This document shows, in pieces, positions 42,477 through 54,644 of a stretch of 64,000 nt of DNA. A program made the translations under genes and the position numbers. The DNA lies in NCBI GenBank assembly GCA_040954595.2, contig CM082582.2:8700425-8764424 (forward strand), given 5' to 3'. Origin of the DNA: Balanoglossus misakiensis. Its lineage: Eukaryota; Animalia; Hemichordata. Every line of letters begins with the position of its first letter. Position 1 is the first letter of the stretch. The notes beneath the pieces were generated by a model that saw nothing but the letters and a program-made list of their open reading frames with translations, ran no database searches and was not told the DNA's origin.

Positions 42477-45400
42477 ATGGCTGAGCTGAAGAAGTACTCA
42501 CTTGAAGAAGTTGAGAAGAACTACAATGCCCAGTCGTGCTGGATTATCATCCACAAGAAAATTTACGATGTCACGAAATTTCTAGAAGAGGTGAGTCAGA
42601 AAGCTTCAGCCAACATGATGAATGGCACGTACATGTTCCGTGAGCGAGCGGGCAAGCAACTTTGCATGACTATATACAGTTCAAGCGTCGAAATCGATGG
42701 ACGCGTTACTGTGACTTTTCCCTTTTTAATAAATTGCATGATATGATATAGAAGAATTCCCATCATTACGACAATTCATTTGTCGCGGGGCTGTTGGAAT
42801 CCTCATTCCGATTAGGGGCAGTTTGGGGAGGTTCGATTTAATCTTCGATACGGGTTCATCTCAGGAAACTGACTGACTTATTATATAAATACAGCTGATG
42901 AAATTACGCCAAGTGAAAGAGTTGGGCTAAAGTCCCACAGAAAAATACACAGTCGAACAAGACCGACGTAATGGCGCGATCACGTGACTGGGCGCTGTCT
43001 GTCTATTCATGTTACATGTACGTGTACTTGGTGTGATGTAACCAAGGCGAGTCCAAATGCATCGGGACAGACTCTTCTTTATTAGTCAAGAAATTCAGAG
43101 AATCGTCGCGTCACAGCTGCCATGGTTGAATATTGTGACATAGGTGTATTAAAATAGCCGCACCTGTGAAACTGAAAGGAAATCATGTTGTATTGAGTTC
43201 ACAGTCACTGAGTCAGTAATATTTATAGATCATACATTGTACAGCATTGTTTTTGTTACAAGCCAATTCTGAATCAAAGTGTACAACTGTACAGTATTTT
43301 ATGAAAACCCAGACAGACTGTCGGTGTATGAAACTAATTGGGCTCAGTGATACTATTACCAGGTACTTATAGTATCGTCGCATGTATTTAATTGTAAATT
43401 TTCACTGATTGAAAAGATATAGATTTTCATTACATTTTGGCAATCTTGCCTGTAATTAAATACCAAAGTCCCTTCTAGGTGGGAATGAAATCGTGGGAGG
43501 ATTATGACCATACGCCAGCAGTTTAGCATGATTAGTCACAATCCCCTATCCTTCAGCAACAAGTTGTATGTGGTCTATGTGTTACAGGGGCATACCTATC
43601 TTGGTACCCTGTTATTTGACGTGTGACTGACCTTTGGCACCCAGTCTGTTGTCAGCTTAATTAATAATTGATAATGTGGCTGTGTGCACGTAATGCGGTG
43701 TATGTGAGGGCAATGTTGAAAATGGGCAATATGTTTGAATGTTGCATGTTATTCAGTGACCAGTCTTGGTGGTGTAGTTATAAGCGAACTTCTTTCAACA
43801 ATTTACAAAATGAATCATACTCCAGTCCATTAAACACCACATCATAAATGTCTATTTCCAATGTTCATAATGCACGTGCCTTGAACTGAACTATTTTTCC
43901 TTTTCCCATTTTCGTTCTTGACAGCATCCTGGAGGTGAAGAGGTTCTGCTGGAACAGGGAGGTAAGATGTCGGTCCTGTAACCTTTCTCTAGACACAACC
44001 AAAACCAGCTGTTTCAGCAAAGCTAAGAATCTATTGTCACAAGACAGCCATTTCAAGATGATCATTTTTTCAAATCTCCAAAGTTAACATGTTACAGTGT
44101 CACACTGTTTATTAGGCAAGGTTTGGTTGTATTGTGCTGTCAGCCATTATATTAACTCCATCCTTATTGTGGATTTCAGTGACATAATTTATGGTTCTTA
44201 TGGGATATTCTCCCTTTCGATTTTCAGGCCATAATGCATCAGAATCATTTGAAGATGTTGGCCATTCGACGGATGCTCGGGAAATGATGAAGGAGTATCT
44301 CATCGGCGAGCTCCATCCGGTGAGTTTTCTCTCAGTCTATTCTGTATCGACGAATCCGACGGCTTGTGGTGGTTTGCATTGCAGAGAAACCTTCACTCTG
44401 ATTGGTTGATTTAGTTCTAGTTTGTGGCCATTAACCAATAAGCATCAAGGTGACATTATGGCAACTGTGTCAGCGCTGGCAGTGTACATGTAATTGTAGT
44501 AAAATCCATTGTACCAGTAATATTTACGTTGCGCTGTTTCTTCACGTGTACATATTCCATGCGTACTGACCCTTTATCAGATTGCGCGTCCAGACCGCGT
44601 CAACATTTGCACACTTCCGTGACCCCTGAGGAGGTCTGCAGGGCTGTGTACCATTCACGTGAGTGTGTAGTCGTATCGCCATGAATGGACATTCCCAAAG
44701 TTTGTACGCCGGCTAAAGATAGAATTTCGGTTCTAAAAATAATACCAGTCTGCAGTTGATAACAGGTCTTTCAGTGATCACTTGTGGTCAGCGTGATAGC
44801 TTTTCAAACAAGACTCAGCAGTCTCTTTCGGAGGTACTCAAGATCTGACTGTTTTATCATGGAGAGTAGAAGGTTTCCACTGTTTGTGGCTTTACCCATA
44901 ACTGTGAAAGTTTCAAATTTATCCCATACACATTTTTGCAGTCGTGCCAAACCTTTTTTTCAAGTTTTTAACCTGTATCCAGACATCTTGATATAATTTC
45001 CTATTACATGTATCACTGTTCATATTTGAATTATTATTAGAAATCAATTGAGCAACTGTCCTCCCTGAGCACTGCTGTTTGTAAAAATGATAGGAAACAA
45101 CCAAGAAGTCTTTGGTTATAACACATGTACATATAATGAAAATTCAGAGGACCTTTTCTTTTGTATTGAATATTTTATCACACTATACATTGTTTCACAG
45201 CAATATCCTTTATCCAGTGATGACAGTTTACATTTAGTAACAATGACAGTTGACCTTCGCACTTTGACCCTGATCACGTTCTCTTTGGATCCTGAATTGT
45301 CGGACACGCTTGCACGTGCCCACCCTTCATCAGTTATCTGCACAAACCAAATACGTTCAGTCAGTGGTCGTAGTTTGTCTTCTTGGGTTCATGCATTGTT

Positions 45401-47884
45401 GGTTTAATGCAGTAGTGTCGTCGTGAGAAAATTACATTCTTTTTCACTTAATACATTTTCAGAGTAGATATTTTTTTATATTCTGTTGTAAAATCATGTG
45501 TGAGAAAAGGTGTTGATAATGGAAGTTGCTATAACTTTGCAAACTGGACTAAGATCTATCTACTAAGATCTATCGACTTGTAAAAGCTTTGACAGTCCTT
45601 CATGATGGATGATTCATGGATTCTGATTTGTCCACAGAAAGCACACATGATTATCACACAATGATTTCTCAAACAGTCACGCCTAGACCTGTCCCATCAC
45701 GCACAGAAGATCAATCTTCACCACCTGTCAACTAATAATTCTTCTGTTTTTTTTCGCCTTTGTTTCTTCTGTAGGACGATTATGACAAAATTAAAAAAGT
45801 AGATGTAAGTACACTGTACATTCATTATCTTTTTTTGTGAATTTCTGAACTTTCTGAAACTCATCTTCAACACTTGTAATTTAAACCATGACATGGGCAC
45901 AGTGTTTAAAGAAACTCCAGAATGACTCAGCAATGATGTTCAGGCCCGCATGCATGCAGGGCCAGGCCTAAGGGGCAATTAATGCCAGGAACATTATTAT
46001 TTAAAATTAGAACGTTACTATAATTAGCATATTTTTTGTTTTAGCCGAGGGTACTCGTACCTGCACGTTACTGTGTTGTTTCCGTTTCTGATGGTAGCAC
46101 TAAAGAGATATTGACAGTTAGACAAAAGCAACGGATTAGTCACTTTGCCTGGTACTTGCATTGATGGACCGTGCTGTGGGCATGGGCGGTAGAAAGCATG
46201 AGGGTTGTCATGAGTGAAGATTCCATTCTCAAACCACCAGTCATTGTTATGTAATTGTGTTTGTAATTTCCATATTTAATTAATTTAAAATGAGTTGTTA
46301 CCGTCAAAAAGTGATAGTCATCAAAGTTCATAAACCATTTACAAAAGTGAAACTAGCGTTTGCTATTTTTAGTGTTGACCATAGTGAGAATAGATGAATG
46401 CTAGAAACAGGTAGTATTGCAAAACACATGGGGAAGTCCCAACACACAGTGAATTGAGTCATCATTCAGGCTGAAACAGAAACTCACTTTCGGTGACTTC
46501 ACTTTTTCAAAAACGAAACTTCATCAGTGGTTTTTTCTTTGGTTACAGGTCAGAGGAAGTGGAGAAGACATAGACTTTGCCAAGAGGAGGTAAGTTTTCT
46601 CAGGAATCATTCTCTCCTCCCCCTCCTCCTCCTCTCCCCTGGTGCTCAAACTTTGCCATCAAAAGGAAAGTGAAAGTTGGGGCTTATTATATACCTTACC
46701 TTGCCTTGTGTTTGTACAATATTTGATGCGTGGACTGAAATAGGAGCGTCTGGGGAACTGTGTTTTGTGGTTGATGCATCATTTTCGTTTGATTCTGTCC
46801 TGCCTTTGTGTGTGTACCGTAAAATATACAGGCGCTGTTCTTTTTTTATTTCCATCTTTCATAATAGTAATTGTTGCATCAGTTAGACACAGACGCGAGT
46901 AGTTGCTTGACCGACATAGGTAGGACAATCTTGTTGTAATATTCAGAGGTGCTTTTCTGTCATGATTCACGGAGAATTTCAAATCAGCTGTTGTTAGGCA
47001 GCAGCGCTGAAAATGTCTGCGATGTAAATACATGTATCTGTGCCTTGTTGAATATGCATGACACTCCTGGTAAAGAGCTCTTGAAATCAAAATAGCCAAG
47101 CAAATGCTTAAATGCAGGTACAGACTGTGACAAATATAATTTGGCATGCACCTATTGGATTCCTGATATCAATTTCAAATTAAGTGGCCCGGAAAAATGA
47201 ATACTACAACATTTTCCTATTGCAGTTTGATGAATAAAATAACTTTTCCTTTGAAAAGGAAAGCACTGTCTGCATTTTTAATCGATACTGCCAAGTCTGC
47301 ATGTAATTTCCTTTGCGCCAGAAAAATGCATGCACTCCTGGCTAGAAGTACTTACCCACAACCTATTGTCTAAGTTTCCCTTCTCCTCTACCAACCAGGC
47401 TAACGCAGAGAAAGTAACCTATCTAATCACTGTGCTCTCAAATACTAGTTCAGTTATTGTTATGCTGTCAAACAATAAAACAACAAAGCAATGCTGAATC
47501 AATCTTTTTAAAGTTTAATTTTTTTGCAGTGATTTGTAAAAAAAAATATTTGTCTCCTTGTTGTAGATACAGTCCTTATTGAGAGTGCGAGTCTGTAGCC
47601 AAATAGTCTTAGTTAAAGTAGTTAAGGATAAAGTGTTCCCACCCCTGAACAGATCCCTCACTCCTTTCATTGAATCCTCTCAGCAATTGTCACCACACAA
47701 CTTTTTGTTCCCAAGAAAGTGTTAGAAATAAAATCTTGTTTATCTGTTATTAATCCCTAATTTTCCGTCATTTGTGTTCTGTTGCAGTTCATGGACAGGG
47801 TGGGTCATTCCAGCCGTGCTTTCCCTGGGAGTGGCATTATTGTACCGGTACTACACCAGCGCAGCAAACAGCAGCAGCAACTAA
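42477..47884 (+). CDS. CYB5: Cytochrome b5, tail-anchored membrane form (~136 aa)
   Basis: Exons 42477-42590, 43925-43961, 44228-44319, 45775-45804, 46549-46589, 47788-47884, all GT-AG and in frame. Heme motifs [17 protein letters not shown] and [12 protein letters not shown]-terminal anchor [24 protein letters not shown]. Confidence 0.96.
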
Positions 47885-49354
47885 TCCGTCACCGCAGCGC
47901 AGTCACATATCATCAAACTCCGAGAAATCTCACCACCAGAAAAAATTTGACCCTGTCGTCCCCCCCCCCCCCCAGAAGTTCACCTCATCACCAGCAAGAG
48001 AAGAAACCAACACTACATCCATGAAGTTCCAAATGTCCCATCATTATACAGCTCTCATACTCGCAATGTAACTCAGCTCAAATTCTGTGTTTCTTGTGCG
48101 GTTCATAATCACCCCCTTACTTTCCGGTACATTCCAAGATGTTGCCAAACAAAAACACAGTGTGGTGTAAAATCTTGCAACTTGGACACCAAATTAAAAA
48201 TTCTGCCATCGTGTCTCAGATTTTCTCTGTAATACACAGCAAAGAATGTTTATTACTCTGATTGTAATCCCCTCCCCTGCATTTCTGACCGCTCTGCTCA
48301 CCCCTTTATTTAAGTATCTGGGTCCAAACATACCTTTGTAGGCTGTGGGGTCAGAGAATTCTCCAGCTGGCAGAGGGAGGTTTTGCCCATTATCACCTCG
48401 GTGCATGACTGAGACCATGTGTCAAGTATGTATCCACAGATCTCTGCTCTGTCCTCTATTCCTACAATGCATCGAACATGGTCCTAAAACGATATGAAAT
48501 ACCGCAACCAAACCAACATTCCAGCTTTGCCTTGCTTCAACCCCCCTCCCCCCAAGAATTTACCAGTAGTTTAATCTTCTTCAAAGAGCTCCTCCAGTTT
48601 GGTAGAAAATGCCAAACTGACCGTGCAAGGTTCCACACTCTATCAGGAAACCTTTCCATCAAAACCAGTGCCAGCGAGAAATTATGCTTATGCCCTATTC
48701 AGCATGTGTTCCCTTTAGTGTCCCTCCCTATAAACCCTACCACCCCCACGGCATTGTATATAGGTCCAGCTTCATTGTTAAGAATAAAGGATTAGACCAT
48801 AGCGTGGGGGTGGAAGGGTTTAAGGTTTGAGTTTTAAAAAGCCCTCCAATATGCATTGTGTCACTTTATTCATATATATTGTATTTTGACTCCGACGTGG
48901 TTTTGTAAGCCAATGCGTTTCAGTTGAAAGAGCAGATATGAAAATGAAACATTTCACGTGAGAAACTTTCAGTGATGGTAGTGTTTTCATCCTTTCAGTA
49001 AGAAAAAAATGGTAGTTTTTTTTCCACTGTAAAACATTTCTCTGGGGTTTGATAACCAATTATGACACTATAAATCTTGAAAATGTTATAGATTGTAAAT
49101 CTATTATAATAGCTCAAGTATGTACGGCGAAAGTATGAATTGGTCTGTAATTCTTCTTGGGGAAAGGTTCTGATGCTTGATTTGTATTAGAAAATAAATG
49201 TAATCTAGCATTTTATATCGGAAAATTAGTCTCCTCGTTTGTATAAGCGAGAAAGAAAAGTGCTCTTGTTGGGTGTATGATTTGAAAGCCACGCCCTGTT
49301 TTGCATAATTTTCTCGTTGCGTAATGCTGTGTACACGTCACATATGGGAGGCAA

Positions 49355-49367
49355 AGGTGAAAGGTCA
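49355..49367 (+). promoter_or_regulatory. DR1 nuclear-receptor element AGGTGA-A-AGGTCA
   Basis: Near-consensus direct repeat with 1-nt spacer, about 30 bp upstream of the first methyltransferase ATG (49399). Confidence 0.4.
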
Positions 49368-49398
49368 TTATTGCCGACACTCAACCTCCGGCTCGATC

Positions 49399-50776
49399 AT
49401 GGATGACTGTGAAGAATTGCAGCTGGCCTCAAACCACAAACATTACGACCGTATGTACGAAGCATACGAGACGTTGACGGACAGGTTTGAAAAGGTGCAA
49501 GGCTACTGTTCCGACACATTCCCCAACATTGTGATCGAGAAGTTTGCGAGAAATCTACAGTCTGAAAACCCGGAAGTGTTTCGCTATCTGGGAGTTGGCA
49601 GTGGTACAGGTATGTGGCGTGTGTTCGCGCGACTTATAGGCTTACCACTCCTTCGTTCTACTATTGGGAAGTGACGGTGCTATTCTGTGCCGTGTCCAGG
49701 AGTATTATACTTATAAAACACGACTATCTCTTCTGTAACACTGTTGAAGTCCACATACTCAATCCGTTCTGGACAATGTCAACAATAATCCCCGCCCGGT
49801 CCTATTTTATTACCGTTGTCATTTTGCTGTACACATGATCAAACACACGGACCCCATGCACATATTTACTAAGAATGCATTGATCGGTCCCTCGCTCCAA
49901 CAGGTGACTCGGATGTCGTGATTTTAAACCAACTTGCAAAGGAGCTACCCGCAATCGAAGCGACCATCGTCGAGCCGTCCGCTCACATGATAGCAAACTT
50001 CAAAGAGAGAATCGCCGCCAGTGACGGCGCTCTTCAGAATGTGAACTTCACATGGAATCAGGCGACCATAGAAGATTATTTGGAAGTTCCCGGCGGACGG
50101 GACGTCAAGTTCCATTGCATTTTCTTGTGCGGTGTCATGGCGTACTTTCGAGACATCAAACAGGTTGTTCGGCACCTCTATTCACTTTTGGCGGAGAATG
50201 GAACAGTTCTCATAGTTACAGAAGCAGGTTAGTGAAGGTCTTTGCCGGCAGGTGTACAGCTTTCTTCAACTTTCATTCGTTCGAATCTGCAGAACTGTTA
50301 TTGTTGTTGGGTTTTTTTTTGCTGTTCCTCAAGTTTTCCCCTAAAATAAATACCCACTCAGTCAGTTGTAGAAAATACAGAAACAAATGTTTTTTGTAAA
50401 TCGCTCCTTGGTTTTATTCGCAGGTAATAAGACAAACATATTTTTCGAATTATGGTATCCGGGCAGATTCCCAACCATAGGAGAGACCGTCGCAATACCA
50501 GAAGATGTCGTGTCAAGTTTCGAGCAGCTGGGGGCAAAGGTCAAAGTGGACGATTTAGAATGTACGCTGGATGGCACCTCGGTCTTCGACGAGGATTCTG
50601 AGCAGGGAAACTACATGCTGGACTTTTTCAGTGGTCGCGTTCACTGTCGCAAGACTGCGTCGCCAGAATTCGTGCATCGCGTCATCGATTTCATTTCTAA
50701 CTCGGGCACGTGTTTTAAGAGAGATGGGAAGGTTTTCCTTAAAAATAACAGAGCTCTCATCATTGTTCAAAAGTAG
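49399..50776 (+). CDS. Histamine N-methyltransferase-like class I SAM-dependent methyltransferase, copy 1 (~295 aa)
   Basis: Exons 49399-49609, 49904-50227, 50424-50776. Motif I YLGVGSGTGD, TIVEPS, FTWNQAT, LAENG, and C-terminal FDEDSEQGNYMLDFF resembling HNMT. Confidence 0.88.
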
Positions 50777-50980
50777 ATTTGTGCACATGGAAACATTTTA
50801 CACTAGGATAGTTAAATCGCACATGTCCAAAACCCTTTTAATACATGAGAATATATTAACTAGGGCATTGCCAAGTAACGTCATATCTAACCACGCGACC
50901 CCCAGATCGAGGCTCTCCAGTGACCAGCCAAATACAATGAGCTGACCCTATAGGCGACCTAGATCACATTTAAGCAAAGT

Positions 50981-52616
50981 ATGGCGGCCGACGGAAGCGA
51001 ACTTGTGCCTTTATCATCGAATTCTGACGAATATAAACGCGGCTTTGCCGTCTACAAAAGCTCGACAGACAGGGTTGAAAATCTGAACGCCTACTGTCCA
51101 GAAATGGCGAAGATCTGTCGTGATAACATGGAGTATTCACCAGAAGTATTTCGTTTTCTGAGCTTTGGAAGTGGCGACGGTAAGGGGTTGGTTGTGACTG
51201 TCCGGGTTTTTATAGCTGTGCTGAATAATAACCCTTTTCATCAGTACAGCCTGGTTGCAGTAGAGTACACATCGAAAACACATAAAGTGTCATGTTAATC
51301 CAGTGACAGGATGGTGGCCCTGGTCTCCGTGCAGATAATGGTTGCTTACCACCTTGACCGGGGAAGGGTCAGATACCATACGATACGATAATGAATTGTT
51401 ATAGGGCATGGTAATGATCCATGAAAAAATGTTGCCATCACACGCAGTTTTCCAAAGTAACGCATTGTCCCTCGGTTCAATGAAAGTACACACAGTTACA
51501 AGACGTAGGCCTAGACATTTTCCCGTTAATGCAATTTCACGACCCGGTAATGTATCCGTGAAATTAAAAAAAAACTTAATATAATCCATACTGTATGATT
51601 ACTGTCATGGGTTGATCCAAAGTCGGTGTGCATTAAAGTCCCGGGATTAAAGTATGGGACAGGTAAGCCATATGTGTGCTGGTCATTTTTGAACAACAAA
51701 CATAAAACCACTCCATTCGCATAATTCCAGGCGAGACCGACATGGTGTTGCTGGGGCAACTGTCCGAAACATACTCAACTATCGAAGCCACCATTGTCGA
51801 GCCGTCACAACCACTTCTGGAGAGCTTCCGCAAGAGGGTCGAGGAACATGATTTGGGCGGCGGATCGGTGAACTTCCGCTGGGTTCAGAAGACAGCCGAG
51901 GAGTTCCTGGCCAGCAAAGATGAAACCACTTTTCACTTCATCTTCATGGCCAACATGCTCTTGTATGTCGTCGAATATGTGCAAATGGTGCTGGACGTTT
52001 ACAAGAAACTGGCAGAAAACGGCACATTGATACTGGTAACAGATGCTGCAGGTGTGTGTTTATTGCCAACGGGCAGTAGTATATTAAACCAACGATAGTA
52101 CAAGGCAAACATCTCGTGTAATGATAAGCTTCTTAAGACTTGAGTAGATTAGTGAACTACATCAATGATGTGTTGTCTTTTAGAAATATGTGCACAACTA
52201 TATACATTGATCCATCCAGTCTCTTCACTGCTTGACATGTAAGCCGTCGTTATTATTTTTCTGCAGACGGCTGGTACTCCGTGATCCGCCATCTTGACTG
52301 TTTCCCTACGGATTTTGCGGCAGGATACACAACGATATCGACCTCCAAAATCACGGCCGCTTTTAAGAGTATCCAACCCAAGAGAATCGATATTCGAGTT
52401 ATGGAATCCTCGATCGAAGTAACGGATATTTTCGACGAGAATTCGGACAGAGGAAATTCCTTACTGGGTTTCCTGACCCACGCAAGTAATGTTCGCAAAA
52501 CAGCGCCTCCGAAGGTAGTCGCAGATATCATTCGTTTTATATCGCAGATCTGTACGAAGAAAGGCGATAAAATATACGTGAACAACAATAGGGAAGTTAC
52601 TATTATTCAAAATTGA
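50981..52616 (+). CDS. HNMT-like methyltransferase, copy 2 (~289 aa)
   Basis: Exons 50981-51179, 51731-52051, 52267-52616. FLSFGSGDGE, TIVEPS, FHFIFMANMLLYV, FDENSDRGNSLLGFLT. AATAAA at 52790. Confidence 0.88.
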
Positions 52617-53010
52617 TGAAAAAATGCATTGAAAATCGACGGCAATAGCACACGCTAAGATAATGAATACAGATAGGCGATTACAATATAAACTTATTTC
52701 AGGGAATATTCACCAGTTAGTTATGGCCAAGGGTTTTATTTATATCATTGAGGCCGAAAAACACTGGCATATCTTTGATATTTATTTTTAATAAAGTTGG
52801 GTTACAAACTTAATGACTCTACTGTACGAACATAATTTTCTGGCTCTTTCCTCCTTGATCGCAAAATTGAAAACAAACTGAATCTGAGAGGCGCATGGAA
52901 ACGCTCGAATGGTGCTATAACCTCGCGACCCCCAGATCGAGGCTCTCCAGTGACCAGCCAAATACAATGAGCTGACCCTATAGGCGACCTAGATCATATT
53001 TAAACAAAGT

Positions 53011-54303
53011 ATGGCGGCCGACGGAAGCGAACTTGTGCCTTTATCATCGAATTCTGATGAATATAAACGCGGCTTTGCCGTCTACAAAAGCTCGACAGAC
53101 AGGGTTGAAAATCTGAACGCCTACTGTCCAGAAATGGCGAAGGTCTGTCGCGATAACATGGAGTATTCACCAGAAGTATTTCGTTTTCTGAGCTTTGGAA
53201 GTGGCGAAGGTAAGGGGGTCCCTTTGCAAAATGACTCGGGGTTTTTAATTTTTAAAGCTGTGCTTAATAACCGTTTCAGCAGTACAGTCTGGTTGTAGTA
53301 TAGTATACTGTTGTAGTGTCAAATTATAATCCATACTGTAAGCTAAATTACTGTTTCAAACCAATGCTGATACACATAACACTGGAACCAACAATTCCAG
53401 GCGAGGCCGACGTGGCGTTGCTGGGGCAACTGTCCGAAACCTACTCGACCATCGAAGCCACCATTGTCGAGCCGTCACAACCACTTCTGGACAGCTTCCG
53501 TAAGAGGGTCGAGGAAAATGGAGATTTTGGCGGCGGGTCGGTGAACTTCCGCTGGGTGCAGAAGACAGCCGAGGAGTTCCTGGCCTGCAAAGATGAAACC
53601 ACTTTTCATATCATCTTCATGGCCAACATGCTGGCGTATGTCGTCGATTATGTGGAGGTGGTGCTAGGCGCTTACAAGAAACTGGCAGAAAACGCCACAT
53701 TGATACTGGTAACAAATGCCACAGGTGTGTAAGCAGTTTAACCAAACGATAGTACATGTTCAAGGCAGCGTTGAAGTACATGTAGTATGCTTTTATAGCG
53801 TATTAATGTTTGTGGTTAAACACACGTATTTTTGTGTGCTGGAACAACGTGGTTAAAACATAAAATACTGAGGTAGACGATGAAGACCGCGCATTCATTC
53901 ATGCAAAAACTTCAATTCCACAACAGTACTCAATCGTTGTTAATTTTTTGCAGACTCCTGGTTTCCCATGATCCGCCATCTTGACTGTTTCCCTACGGAT
54001 TTCGCGACCGGACAAACACCGACATCCACCTCCAAAATCACGGCCGCTTTTAAGAGTATCCAACCCAAGAGAATCGATATTCGAGTTGTGGAATCTTCGA
54101 TTGAAGTAACAGACATTTTCGACGAGAATTCGGATAGAGGAAATTCCTTACTGGGTTTCCTGGTCCACGCCAGTGATTTTCGCAAAACAGCGCCTCCGAA
54201 GTTGGTTGCAGATATCATTAGTTTTATATCACAGATCTGTACTAAGAAATACGATAAAATATACGTGAACAACAATAGGGAAGTTACTATTATTCAAAAC
54301 TGA
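53011..54303 (+). CDS. HNMT-like methyltransferase, copy 3 (~290 aa), close paralog of copy 2
   Basis: Exons 53011-53209, 53401-53724, 53954-54303, with the same intron positions and phases as copies 1 and 2. AATAAA at 54339. Confidence 0.88.
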
Positions 54304-54644
54304 CAAAAACATGCATTTGCAAAATGTAGTATTTTGCCAATAAAGTGAGCAGGTTCGGAACCCAGATGTCGTAAAAGTATATTTATTTCGTACTGTGTGC
54401 ATTTGCCTGTACAAGGGCGCCCCCAGGGTTTACCAACGTCATCAATACATCAATTTTAATAATAGCCGGTGCGACAGCTTGGAATGCGACTTCGACAAAT
54501 ATTCAAATGACCCCTGGTCTTTGTATTCGAATATGCGGCAGTGGGCAGCCAGTGCACACACAACACCGTTGATGGACGCTTCGAATAGAATTTTGTAGAT
54601 ATACAGGACTGTTGCGGGCCGGCCTCTCGACTCCCACCGGACGA

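Noticed and set aside
44620-44622. In-frame TGA in the b5 cassette exon as selenocysteine
   Set aside because: No SECIS identified by eye in the 3'UTR and the position is not a conserved Cys site.
47867-47881. N-S-S glycosylation sequon in the b5 luminal tail
   Set aside because: Probably too close to the transmembrane helix for oligosaccharyltransferase access, and it lies in a CAG-like low-complexity run.
52253-54275. Duplicated 111-aa minus-strand ORFs (52253-52588, 53940-54275)
   Set aside because: Antisense shadows of methyltransferase exon 3.
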